64,000 bases of DNA, taken from NCBI GenBank assembly GCA_964016885.1, contig OZ024742.1:95666001-95730000 (forward strand), given 5' to 3'. Of the stretch, positions 52,597 to 64,000 are shown piece after piece. The position numbers and the translations under genes were made by a program. Origin of the DNA: Eledone cirrhosa. Taxonomy: Eukaryota. Every line of letters begins with the position of its first letter. The first letter of the stretch is position 1. The notes below the pieces were generated by a model, which was not told the DNA's origin, made no database searches, and worked only from the letters and a program-made list of their open reading frames with translations.

Positions 52597-53180
52597 AGTC
52601 CTGGTATCGGTTAATTTTCTCCCTCTCCTTTTCTTGCACTCTCGTGTCAAATGGGTAGGCTACATCTACAACCAGGCATGATCGTTTTCCTTGTCCAAAA
52701 CCACCTGGTCAGGCCTATTGTGTTCTAAAAATAATAAAAAATAACAACAAGGAAGAAGAGCAACCTTCATGAAAAATCTCTTCATAGCACCTTCTTTAAG
52801 AACACGGAATTTAGAAATCCACAAACATGGAACTGATTAAAAAGAGGAGACCTTAAAAAAGCTACAGAAGGAATGCTAATGGCTGTGCAAGAGCAAGCTC
52901 TCAGAACAAAGTGGGTGACACACCATATTGACAAGGAGGATGCTAGCTCACTGTGTAGGATTTGTGGAGAAAGAGCGGAGACTGCACCTCACATTGTATC
53001 CGAGTGTAAACACCTAAACCAGACTCACTATAAGGGCTGGAGACATGATGTGATAGGCAGGGTGATCCACTGGCATCTATGCAAAGTAAACAATTTACTA
53101 CATTCTGAGAAGTGGTATGAGCATAAACCAGAGTCGGTGATAGAAAACGATCAGGTGAAGGTGCTATGGGATTTTAGGAT
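52597..53180. pseudogene. R4/Dong-like fragment with internal inversion
   Basis: 52745-53180 (plus) ends at VLWDFRI; 52597-52727 (minus) encodes EHNRPD...RYQD; both match 56343-57551. Confidence 0.85.
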
Positions 53181-53197
53181 TATTATTATTATTATTA

Positions 53198-56190
53198 CAG
53201 CTGCATTTATCTTGCTTTATGTTCATACGAGTTATCACCAAGTCACAACCAGTGACCTCAAGAGACAACAAGGTCCGCCATGTTCAAGAAAGAACATACA
53301 TACTCACACATGCATCTTTAGTGCTTAGACTTGTGATGTACTTATATTGACAGAAGCTTCCTTAGTATATGGGCAGTTCCCATTAGTACTATCTTTTGTA
53401 TTTCTCCTATACGCGGGTTTCCTGGGATTTGCGATAAGTAATCATTAGACCCCTTAGGTATCATTGCTAGAGCGCCTACAACCACTGGTATTGTTTTAGT
53501 TCTCAATTTCCACATTTTTCCAATTTCTATCTCCAGGTCCTTATACTTGCTCAATTTTTCAAATGTTTTTATAGATACATTCTTGTCTATTGGAACGGAC
53601 ATATCAATTAGCAGGCATAGCCTCTTTTTAAAGTCCTTCAATATTATATCAGGTCTATTTGCATCTATTTTTCGGTCTGTTTGGATGCTAAAGTTCCACA
53701 AGATTGAGATGTGATCTTTTTCAAGTATGGGAGGTGGTTGATGCTCCCACCAATTCTTTTGATGGGGCAGGTCAAAATGCTTACAATGTATGTATTGTGC
53801 AGCTCTGTCATGCCTGTTTATGTATTCGGTTGGAGCTATAGGACTGCACATTGAAATTATATGGTCAATGGTCTCTGGTTGTTTTTTACATACACGGCAT
53901 AATGGGCTACATCCATTTTTATTATGTTGGCTTGGTAATTTTTTGTTGGCAGACACTGATCTTGTGCTGATATAATCAGTCCTTCAGTCTCCGATTTCAG
54001 TCCAGAGGATGCCAACCACTGATGGGTTAAAGTTTTGTCAACATCAGGATTGTTAGCTCGTTCTAGGTATTTTCCATACAGAGGCTTTTCTTGCCATTTC
54101 TTAGCCAGTTTCTGTAGCAGTTCTTTCTTTGCAGTTACTTTTACCTGCTTTGCTTTTTCTGTGTTTTCCATTTCAGCAATAAATCGGACTTCTGAAATGT
54201 GTAGTCCATTACTGTATCTTTGTGCATCTGTTGTAATGGAGTATGATCTTTTGATGCTTTCATGTTTCAAAACGAGTTTGATCATCCAATCATGTGATTC
54301 CCTTAGATATGTAGATAATCCAATTGTTGCAGTTTTCAACGCAATGTCTAACTGGATTAACCCACGTCCTCCTTCTTTCCTAGGGAGATATATTCTATCT
54401 GTATCTGCCTTAGGGTGATGCATTCTGTGCATGGTTAAGAATTTTCGAATTTTTATATCGAGCCTACGGATCTCTGTGCTTGACCAGTTGATGACATTGT
54501 AACTGTAGGTTACTACTGGTATGGCAAGCGTGTTTATGGCATCGATCCTAATCCTTGCATTCAATTCCGTTCTTAAGATTGCTCTTACTCTGTGGTAACA
54601 TTCCTTCCTTATCCTTTCCCTCATTGTCGAGTGCTTGATTCCGTCTCCTTCACAAACACCTAGATATTTGTAAGTTTCCTCTTGATCAAGTTCTCTTATC
54701 ACATTCCCTCGATCAAGATTAATGTCTGAACTCTTCAGCAGCTTTCCTCTGGTGAACATTGCTTTGGCGCATTTATCTAGTCCAAGCTCCATTTTAATGT
54801 CATCACTGAACTGCTCAACAGTTGATAATAGCCCTTGCAATTGTTCATCATTTTTTGCAAATAGTTTCAGGTCATCCATGTAGAACAAGTGATTAATGGT
54901 TTTGTCATAGGCTTTATATCCATGTTTTGTTTCATTGAGCATTTTACTTAATGGTATGAGTGCGATGCAGAATAAAAGCGGTGATAAAGAGTCACCCTGA
55001 AAAATTCCACAATTAATATTAACTTCTCCAGCTTCCAGTGATTTTGTTTCACTATTCAAAAGGAGTGTCGTTTTCCATGTCTTCATACTGAATGACAAAA
55101 ACCTCCTGACAACGGGGGATATTTTGAAAATCTCTAAACATTTTTCAATCCAACTGTGTGGCAAACTATCGAATGCTTTTTTATAATCTATCCAAGCAAT
55201 TGATAGATTTTTGTGTCTATTATGACAATCTTCCAGTATCATTTTGTTAACCAAAAGCTGATCCTTACAGCCATATGAGCCTCGTTTACACCCTTTCTGC
55301 TCAATGGGAAATAGGTCATTTGTTACCAGGTGGTCATATGTATATTCAGTTAGGACTGATGTTAAAAAGTTATACATTGTGGTCAAGCAAGTTATCGGTC
55401 TGTAATTTTTGTAAAGTTTGTCTCATCATTCTTCGGAAGCAGGAATGTAATGCCGTTAACTAGCCATGATGGTATCTTTTCTGGCTCCTTAACTATTTCA
55501 TTGTAAAGTTGGGCTAACAGCTCATGAGACTCTGTGAAGGCATTTATCCAAAAATTTTGTATTTTGTCTTTTCCTGGGGATTTCCATTTGCTGGTTTTTC
55601 TTAGAGCCAAACGCAACTGTTCAACTGTTATATTTTCCCATATTTGTTCCTCAAGGTGAGCTGTATCTTTCATTTGTCTGTCTATCCATGGGGCATGTAT
55701 ATTATGAACTTTTTCTTCGGCCCAGATCTTTTCCCAGAATTCTTGCACTTCCTCCTTGGGTGGTATTGATTTAGCAGTTATTGTTGACTTACCAATTTTT
55801 CTGTAGAAGTTTCTTTGGTTGGTTTTGAACATATTATTGTCCTTATAGAATCTAGATCGTTTTTCAAAGCGCCTTATACGAGCAGCTTTGGCCGACACTT
55901 TTTGTTTGATTATTTCTATCAGCATGCCTATGTCACTTGTTGGTTTTATACTGTACTTTCTTTTCAATTTTCTAAGTTTATTTTGTTTAACATGTTCACC
56001 TACTTTATAGTTTTTTAAAATTTCTATGTCAGATCGGTGAAGGTTTATTTGGCGATTGATGTTCTCTTGCCAAGTAGATTTCTTGTAAGAATTCCTTTGA
56101 TTTTTCATCTTCACTCCACATAAGTGAGTGGTGACTTTAGCCGATGCATAATAGAGATGATTTAAATCAGTAATGTTTAGTTTGTTTGTG
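53198..56190 (-). mobile_element. R4/Dong-clade non-LTR retrotransposon (RT plus RLE), 5'-truncated, 2 frameshifts
   Basis: ORFs 55392-56190, 53857-55386 (EQKG, WIDYKKAFDS, GIFQGDSLSP, YMDDLKL) and 53342-53956 (CRVC..HIISMC, RHD, RPD..IDMSVP..K..KY); (TAA)n tail at 53179-53197. Confidence 0.95.
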
Positions 56191-56224
56191 ATGATAATGT
56201 TTATTATTATTGTTGTTGTTATTC

Positions 56225-57551
56225 CTTGAATCTCAGTCATTGATGTTGGTTAACTGGAAAGTCCGTTGGATTGAATATCAAGCCACTACCTGCAGCCTCA
56301 GATATTCAGGACGTATGGGAGGGTTCTTGCTGTTCCAAGCAATCATGCCTTTTGAAGCGTTCCAAAAAGCGTGAAGGGGCCGATTTTCTTTAACCATCCC
56401 TGGAAACTTTTGGAGATAGTCCCCAGTGCGCCTATGACAATCGGGATCACTTTGACTTCATGGCAGTTCCAAATCCTTTTCACCTCCCACTTTAGGTCCT
56501 GGTATCGGTTAATGTTCTCCCTCTCCTTCTCTTGCACTCTCGTGTCGAACGGGCAGGCCACATCCACAATCAGACACGATCTTTTTTCTTTGTCCACAAC
56601 CACCAGGTCAGGTCTATTGTGTTCCAGTTTTTTGTCCGTCTGTATCCTAAAATCCCACAGCACCTTCACCTGATTGTTCTCCATCACCGCCTCTGGCCTA
56701 TGCTCATACCATTTCTCAGAATGTGGTAAATTGTTTACTTTGCACAGGTGCCAGTGGATCACCCTGCCCATCACATCGTGTCTCCAGCCCTTATAGTGGG
56801 TCTGGGCTAGGTGTTTACACTCGGACACAATGTGAGCCACAGTCTCCTCTCTCTCTCCACAGATCCTGCACAGTGGGCTAGCCTCCTCCTTGTAAATATG
56901 GTGCTTCAACCACTTCGTTTTGAGGGCCTGCTCCTGCGCAGCCATTAGCATTCCTTCTGTAGCCTTTTTGAGGTCTCCTCTTCTCAACCAGTTCCATGTC
57001 TGTGGATCTCTAAATTCAGTTTTCTCAAAGAAGGTACTATGAAGGGATTTTCCCTTAAGGCTGCTCTTCCTCCTTGATGTTATTTCCTCCTTGGACATCC
57101 CCTGGCCTACTGTCCCCTCCTTCAGTACAGTTCTGAGCATTGGCTCCTTACTATAGGTCACGTATTTGTATAGGTTGTTTTTCTCCATCTGAACACAGTC
57201 CTCTATGCTGATAAGACCTCTTCCACCCTCAGATCTCCTTAGGTAGAGTCTATCGACATCACTCCTCTTGTGGAACATGTTGTAGATAGTCAATAGCTTC
57301 CTAGTCTTCCTATCCATTTCTTTTTGTTCAGCAACATTCCATCTCAGAATTCCCGCACTGTACCTAATAATAGACACAGCTCGGGAATTTACTGCGCTTA
57401 TGGCATTTCTGCTGTTCAGATGTGACTTCAATACGCTCCTTACTCTCCGAATGTATTCAGTTCTTAACAATTCCTTCATTTTTTTGTTCTTTATGCCATC
57501 AGCCTCCAGAACGCCCAAATACTTGTATCCTTCCTCAGAGTCAATTTCCAT
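56225..57551 (-). mobile_element. Second R4/Dong family, 3' 1.3 kb (thumb plus RLE)
   Basis: YKYLG...CRICGEREETVAHIVSEC...RHD...WDFRIQTD..RPDLVV..VDVACP; (TAA)n-like tracts on both sides. Confidence 0.93.
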
Positions 57552-57609
57552 TTTATTATTATTATTATTATTATTGTTATTATTATTGTTATTATTATTA
57601 TTGTTTTTA

Positions 57610-57676
<67 letters not shown>

Positions 57677-58264
57677 TATGTGTGTGTGTGTGTGTGTGTG
57701 TTTCATTTGGGAGAACTGTTTCATTTGGGAGAAATCATCAGGAAGCTTACTTACTGTGGCTACCCCCGTTTGAACCTAGGATAAACTTATATATACATCT
57801 TCATCATCATCATCATCATCATGATTTTCCACATCACCATTTAATGTCCATTTTTCTATTTTCCATATTAGCATGGGTTAGACGAGTTGTCCCATTGTGA
57901 GACAATCAGAGTATAGCTAATGATATGCAATCATCACTACAGCATCTGGCACTGGTAAGGCATCATCAGATATTAACACTACCATAACAGCTTTATTAAC
58001 ATTAATTCAAACATAGAAAATGTGTTACATTATATCACAATTGTAACACTGCATATATATATGACTGACATGGAGTGCATTTACCTGCTTTCAATTGTTT
58101 ATCATTGAGATATTGCAATGTGACTCTCATGGATAAGCAAGTCACTAATTAACCATATATATATAGGGAAAGATTCAGGTCCCTGATGGCTGAGCTCCGG
58201 TCATTTTGATATCGAGTACTCTGGTGCGTTATGGTCCACCTTGTTCCTTACCACACTTTCTTTG

Positions 58265-58383
<119 letters not shown>

Positions 58384-58544
58384 TATGTATAGATTGATAT
58401 ATTCACATATATAAAATACTGTTGCCATGATAAATGCATCCAGTTCCTCCTAAAGAAACCATCCCAATCTGAAATGCATTATTAGAACATGAAGCTTGTC
58501 TGATCCATGATAATATAGGAAATGGACATAAAACCGTGATGATG

Positions 58545-58600
<56 letters not shown>

Positions 58601-58665
58601 TTAATGGCTGAGCGAGAAGTGTACTCAATACTGATGTAGAATTTTAATATTCATTTTATGAAGGC

Positions 58666-58712
58666 TAAATAGTGAGTCTTGTTACTCAGGAGTAACGAGA
58701 CTCACTATTTAT
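58666..58712. repeat. Short hairpin with ~22-bp arms abutting (TA)n
   Basis: TAAATAGTGAGTCTTGTTACTC...GAGTAACGAGACTCACTATTTA. Confidence 0.8.
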
Positions 58713-58717
58713 ATATA

Positions 58718-58794
<77 letters not shown>

Positions 58795-58803
<9 letters not shown>

Positions 58804-59435
58804 GACGTAAAATAAGGAAATTTTAAAAATTAAAAATCAACTTACTTACTAAAATTTTCACTCCAACTAATTAGTTTCTGTAAGGGGATAAATATAGTTA
58901 CATAATATAACTATAGAGAATTCCTTACGTCATCAGGGAGTTTATTCTCAGCTAAGTTCCCAGGCGATGCGCGGACACTAGGAACCCATATAAAAATAAT
59001 AATAATTCAGTGGATGGAACAAAGCTAGCGAGGACTAAATTCCGGAGCACTGAAATAATTCACTGCCTCTGGTCAGTGGCAAATTCTAAAGAATCAATCA
59101 CGTGACACTGAGGTTAATCAGTTAGGAGCGGGGTGGTATTATGAATCAGCAGTAAATTTTGGCAAGTTTTGCTCAACATATGTGTACATATGTTCACCTA
59201 TGCTAGCAAATATATATGTTATGTCTTAGTACCTTTGGGGTTCTATGCAGGGAGATGCAGAACAATTAGTTGGAGTGAAAATTTTAGTAAGTTGATTTTT
59301 AATTTTTTAAATTTCCTTATTTTACGTCTTTCATATAAATATTCTGCATCCCCCTGCATAGAACCACAAAGGTACTAAGACATAACATATATATTTGCTA
59401 GCATAGGTGAACATCTGTACACATATGTTGGCAAA
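58795..59435. mobile_element. Double fold-back non-coding hammerhead element (A'-x-B-A-B')
   Basis: Inverted pairs 58795-58880/59258-59337 and 59174-59262/59342-59430. Confidence 0.88.
58860..58941 (-). ncRNA. Type-I hammerhead ribozyme motif
   Basis: ACTCC CTGATGA c GTAAGG...TATAGTTA loop TAACTATA...CCTTAC a GAAA ctaattag TT GGAGT; palindromic stem III. Confidence 0.8.
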
Positions 59436-59452
59436 TATACTAATTCTCTCTT

Positions 59453-59548
<96 letters not shown>

Positions 59549-59589
59549 TAGGAATAACCAAAGAGTGCTTAGAAATACATTGTTTTATT

Positions 59590-59636
59590 AGCTAACAGTG
59601 TTTCATCCATACACCATGGCAGGAATCTTCAGAGCC
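59590..59636 (-). ncRNA. Minimal hammerhead motif in a TA-flanked insert (59544-59745)
   Basis: GGCT CTGAAGA tTCC...GGAt GAAA cactg TT AGCT, followed by AATAAA. Confidence 0.6.
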
Positions 59637-59852
59637 TATAAACATGAGTATATCAGTAGTTGCATGCTCCATCGAGCTGCGTCACCAGAACAAGGCAATA
59701 TATTTACATGTCTAGACATATTGATATATTTGTCAACGAAATATATATATATATATGAAAATGTTACCCACTCTACTACCCAAAGTATCGAGTACTCTGG
59801 TGCGTTATGGTCCACCTGGTTCCTTACCACATTTCCTTTGTTATATATATAT

Positions 59853-61250
59853 ATATTGTTATACTTGGGGAGGACCATATTTGTGTAATATTGCCAGAAT
59901 TAATAACAGAACACACTCACTGTTTCGTTGGTTTTCGCTTTTCGCTTCTGTGTCATTTATATCGGTAACCTAATTTACTCGGTCCTCAATGTTGCCATTG
60001 ACTGACCGACGGTCAAAAATAATACAGATACAATATAGACACAAACACATATATATAGTTTATCATAAATCTTTCGTTGCACATCTGCAGCATCGTCAGT
60101 GTTGCTATCGTTTCCTCCCGTTGTATTGTATGTCTACGCCATTTTTATTCAGTCTGTCTATATATTTATTTATTTATTTGCTTGTTTGTTTATTTTATTT
60201 TGTCTTCTTTGCGCATGCGTTTGCGTGTGTGTATAGTGTTTTGTTTGATGTGTGATGTGTGTTCATGATTGGGTGACTAGTGTGTGTTTATGTGCTTGTG
60301 TATGTATTTATTTATTTATTTATTCATTTATTTTATTTTATTTACTTATTTATACTTCTCTTAGGTCAGTGTTGTTTGTTTCGGTGTTGTTGTTATTCCA
60401 TTCATTCTTTCTGTTTAGTCTCGGTCTTCTAAGTTCTATCTCGCTGGCCTCTCTGATTTGCCTATCTGCTGGGTCATTTCTATGTTTAGATATTATTCTA
60501 ATTTCTATGTTGTCTATGTTACCGTCATGTTGTTGTCTGGCATGTTCGTATAGTACTGAGCCGTTTTTTCGTCCTTTTAGTTTCCCCAGTGTTGGTCTAT
60601 CCTTTCACCTATGCTACGAGCTGTCTCACCTATGTATGTTGTTGTCATGTTTCTGCAAGTACCCTCTGTACATCTTATGCAACGTTTCTAGTTTTACAGT
60701 TTATCCGGGGGTTTACCTTACATATGATACATTTCCTATTGGTACAGTGGGTTTTCTTAAAAGGGTAGGTTTTGCTGATCATGAACACACATCACACATC
60801 AAACAAAACACTATACACACACGCAAACGCATGCGCAAAGAAGACAAAATAAAATAAACAAACAAGCAAATAAATAAATAAATATATAGACAGACTGAAT
60901 AAAAATGGCGTAGACATACAATACAACGGGAGGAAACGATAGCACCACTGACGATATTGCAGATGTGCAACGAAAGATTTATGATGAACTATATATATGT
61001 GTTTGTGTCTATATTGTATCTGTATTATTTTTGACCGTTGGTCAGTCAATGGCAACATTGAGGACCGAGTAAATTAGGTTACCGATATAAAAGACACAGA
61101 AGCGAAAAGCGAAAACCAACGAAACAGTGAGTGTGTTCTGTTATTAATTCTGGCAATATTACACAAATATGACCCTCCCCAAGTATAACAATATTTGCTT
61201 CGACACACAATTTCATATAAAAAACCTCGCAAAATTAATTCATCGCCGTT
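59853..61250 (-). mobile_element. Truncated PLE with inverted pLTRs, relative of 1633-3036
   Basis: Arms 59853-60269 and 60778-61194; broken GIY-YIG at 60385-60777 (YIGETARSIGERIDQHW...RQIREASEI...LNRKNEW); shared terminus CCCTCCC.AAGTATAACAATAT. Confidence 0.9.
60945..60985 (+). ncRNA. Minimal hammerhead motif (mirror copy ~60062-60102 on minus)
   Basis: CA CTGACGA t(a/g)TTGCA gatg TGCAAc GAAA gatt TA TG; short stem I. Confidence 0.6.
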
Positions 61251-62288
61251 ATATATATATATATATATATATATATTCTTCTTTCCACCCATGAAGGTGT
61301 GATTGAAGTATTAGACAGTAAAAGAAAGGAAACCTCATTTTTTGCTATCATTGGCACTGTAATTCTTTTTTTTTTCCATTTACATTATTTCTTTTATAAG
61401 CAATGATTGCAAACTCCCAGGAAAATATATAATTTAGTGAACAGGGAAAATATTCAGTTGGCAGTGGAGAGAGAGATTCTAGAGGAAGAAGGATAGGAGG
61501 GTTTTATTGGGCTTGGGGGCTGGTAGGAAATGAATGAAAACACTTTCAATTATTTATCCTATATATTTGGACTTTCGGAAAAAAAAAATAATTACCACAC
61601 CCTCTCTGCTTTACCTCACTAAGCAAACAAATTACAAAACAAAATCAACAAAAAGAATATAGATTGAAGTAAAATAAAAGAAGAAATGGAGAGAAATGGC
61701 AAGTCTTTAAATTCATCTGAATTATCCGATTCCCCTGGTGGCTTCACTACTACAAGACAAATTTTTGTTGTTATTATTAATGTTGTTGTTGTTGGGGTTG
61801 GTGGTGGTGGTGGGAGTAGTGTAGTAGGTGTTGTTGATGTTGTTGTTAGTGATGGTGGTGGTGTGGTGGTTGTGGTGGTGGTGTGTGTAGTTGTTGCTTG
61901 TTTGTTTAGATAATCTTCATTGCCCTTCGAATTTAATGCCATCTACATCATCTTTTACCATTCCGTTCATCACCTTCCATCATGCCATTCATTCCATTTC
62001 TTCTTCTTCTTCTTCTTCTTCTTCTTCTTCTTCTGCTTCTTCTGCTTCTTCTTCATCTTCTTCTTCTTCTTCTTCTTCTTCTTCTTCGTCTTCCGCGATT
62101 CAATTAGAGGACGAAAACAAACAGTAACAACTCTATAACAACAAATCATACAAAATGTTGCATTGTGTGCATCAATGTGTGTGTATATATATATGTGTGT
62201 GTGTGTGTATTTGTAAGTGTGTGCATGAGTGTATGCATGTATACATATATATTTGCATGCGCGAGTGCATGCATAAATATAGAGAGAG

Positions 62289-62395
<107 letters not shown>

Positions 62396-62471
62396 AACCA
62401 ATTACATTTTATTTTGCACGATTTTATTGCTACTCACACCACCACCACCACCACTACTATTACTACTACCC

Positions 62472-62504
<33 letters not shown>

Positions 62505-62630
62505 TATTTATTCATGTCCTTGTTGATAATGTTTTCTATTAATGGTTTTATTTTCTTTAATGTTCCATTTAGTTAGATATGGGATTAACTATATATACAG
62601 TCGCACACACACACGCACACATTCACACAC

Positions 62631-62690
<60 letters not shown>

Positions 62691-63049
62691 TCAAGAAATG
62701 TTCAGAATTGACAGTGTGTAAACTTCCAGACGCTGAGCTCTAGCCATAAAAATGTTGATTTAGTTTGAAAACATTTCAATAAAAAATTGCAGGACCTCCG
62801 AATAACAGATATATGTGAAAACTCACACACACACACACACATACACTCATATATGTGTGTTCGTGTGTAACATACATGTGTAAAAATACATATATGTATA
62901 TCATTATCATTATCAAAGGCATGCCACATTGTGCCTGTCATAAAATTATTTCTTAGATATGGATGCATATGTTTGACTTCACACAAGTCTTTGAGCACAG
63001 CAACACTATGTATGAGAATACGTCTATCTATGTGTGTGTAAATATATAC

Positions 63050-63104
<55 letters not shown>

Positions 63105-63109
<5 letters not shown>

Positions 63110-63730
63110 TCATCATCCTCATCATCACCGTTTTACGTCCGTTCTTCCACGCTAGCATGGGTTAGACGGGTTGTCCTGTTGTGGGCAGTGTCTGGTCGGC
63201 TGACCATACCTTGCTCATACAGGAACTGATTTGGCTTGATTTCTACAGCTGGATGCCCTTCCTAACACCAACCTCATTTACAGTGAGTGCTGGGTGCTTT
63301 TTTGTGGCGCCTACACGTCCACTTTACAGTGCGGGCTGGGTGCTTTTTTGCCGTGGTACCTCCACGACCACCTTGCGGTGGGGAGTGTGGGGCATATTGT
63401 CTATATGCTTCAGCTTGTACCCATGGGAGGTCGGGTATTCTGTATTACTGTGTGACGCCAGAGGTCACGGTCGTGTGTCATTGCCTTTGAAAGGTGTAAT
63501 TGGGTAAGGTCGGCTTTTATCACCTCATCCCAGGTCATCTTGGGTCTCCCCACTCCGTGGTTTCCATCGACTTCTAGTGCTCTGCACCTTTTTATGCAGC
63601 TGTCATCCTTCATACGCATCACATGTCCATACCAGCGCAACCGCCTCTCCTGCACACAGCATTTGATTCCTCTTATGCTCAGTCTCTCTCTCAATTAATT
63701 TATGCTTTGTCGTTCACGTATATTACTGTT
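63105..63730 (-). mobile_element. RTE-like LINE 3' end with complete 3' UTR and (GAT)n tail
   Basis: RERLSIRGIKCCVQERRLRWYGHVMRM...GRPKMTWDEVIKADL...HDRDLWR; 3' UTR matches the SINE B tail. Confidence 0.9.
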
Positions 63731-63959
63731 ATATATATATATGTGTATATATCATCATCATCATTGATTAATTTCTATCTTCCACGCTACCATGGGTTAG
63801 ATGGGTACATCTCATTTAGATGCAAGTTCGATCGGGTGACCATGTCTCACTCATATAGGGCTGTTTCTGGCTGGTTTTCTATAGCTGGATGCTCTTCCTA
63901 GCACCAATCACATTTACAGTGTGTGCTGGGTGATTTTTGGAGTTTCTTTTACATGACCA

Positions 63960-63993
<34 letters not shown>

Positions 63994-64000
63994 GTAATTG

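Noticed and set aside
61619-61942. 107-aa Thr/Pro-rich ORF with a hydrophobic end
   Set aside because: Mostly trinucleotide low complexity with no recognisable domain; at best a UTR exon

Overview
AT-rich, microsatellite-saturated animal genomic DNA. The (TA)n/(CA)n/(GA)n/(TAA)n tracts and SINE families look like an octopod cephalopod, but that is inferred, not proven. No intact host gene is identifiable; there are three tentative minus-strand exons. Most predicted ORFs are microsatellite artefacts. Recognisable elements: tRNA-derived SINEs (at least 3 families), RTE-like and L1/Tx1-like LINE ends, a stack of R4/Dong (RLE-type) LINEs in (TAA)n, a decayed mariner, Tigger- and mariner-type MITEs, a Helitron, a solo LTR and several Penelope-like element (PLE) remnants with RT or GIY-YIG domains. 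The main unexplained signal is a dense set of unrelated elements inserted in (TA)n. Many are fold-backs (inverted arms, one arm with an extra tail). At least 8 distinct ones carry type-I hammerhead ribozyme motifs, mostly with a palindromic stem III. Four are non-coding ~320-740 nt units whose arrangement implies a tandem or circular RNA template. Together they look like a retrozyme-like system mobilised by PLE enzymes. All alignments and folds were done by eye; boundaries are approximate.
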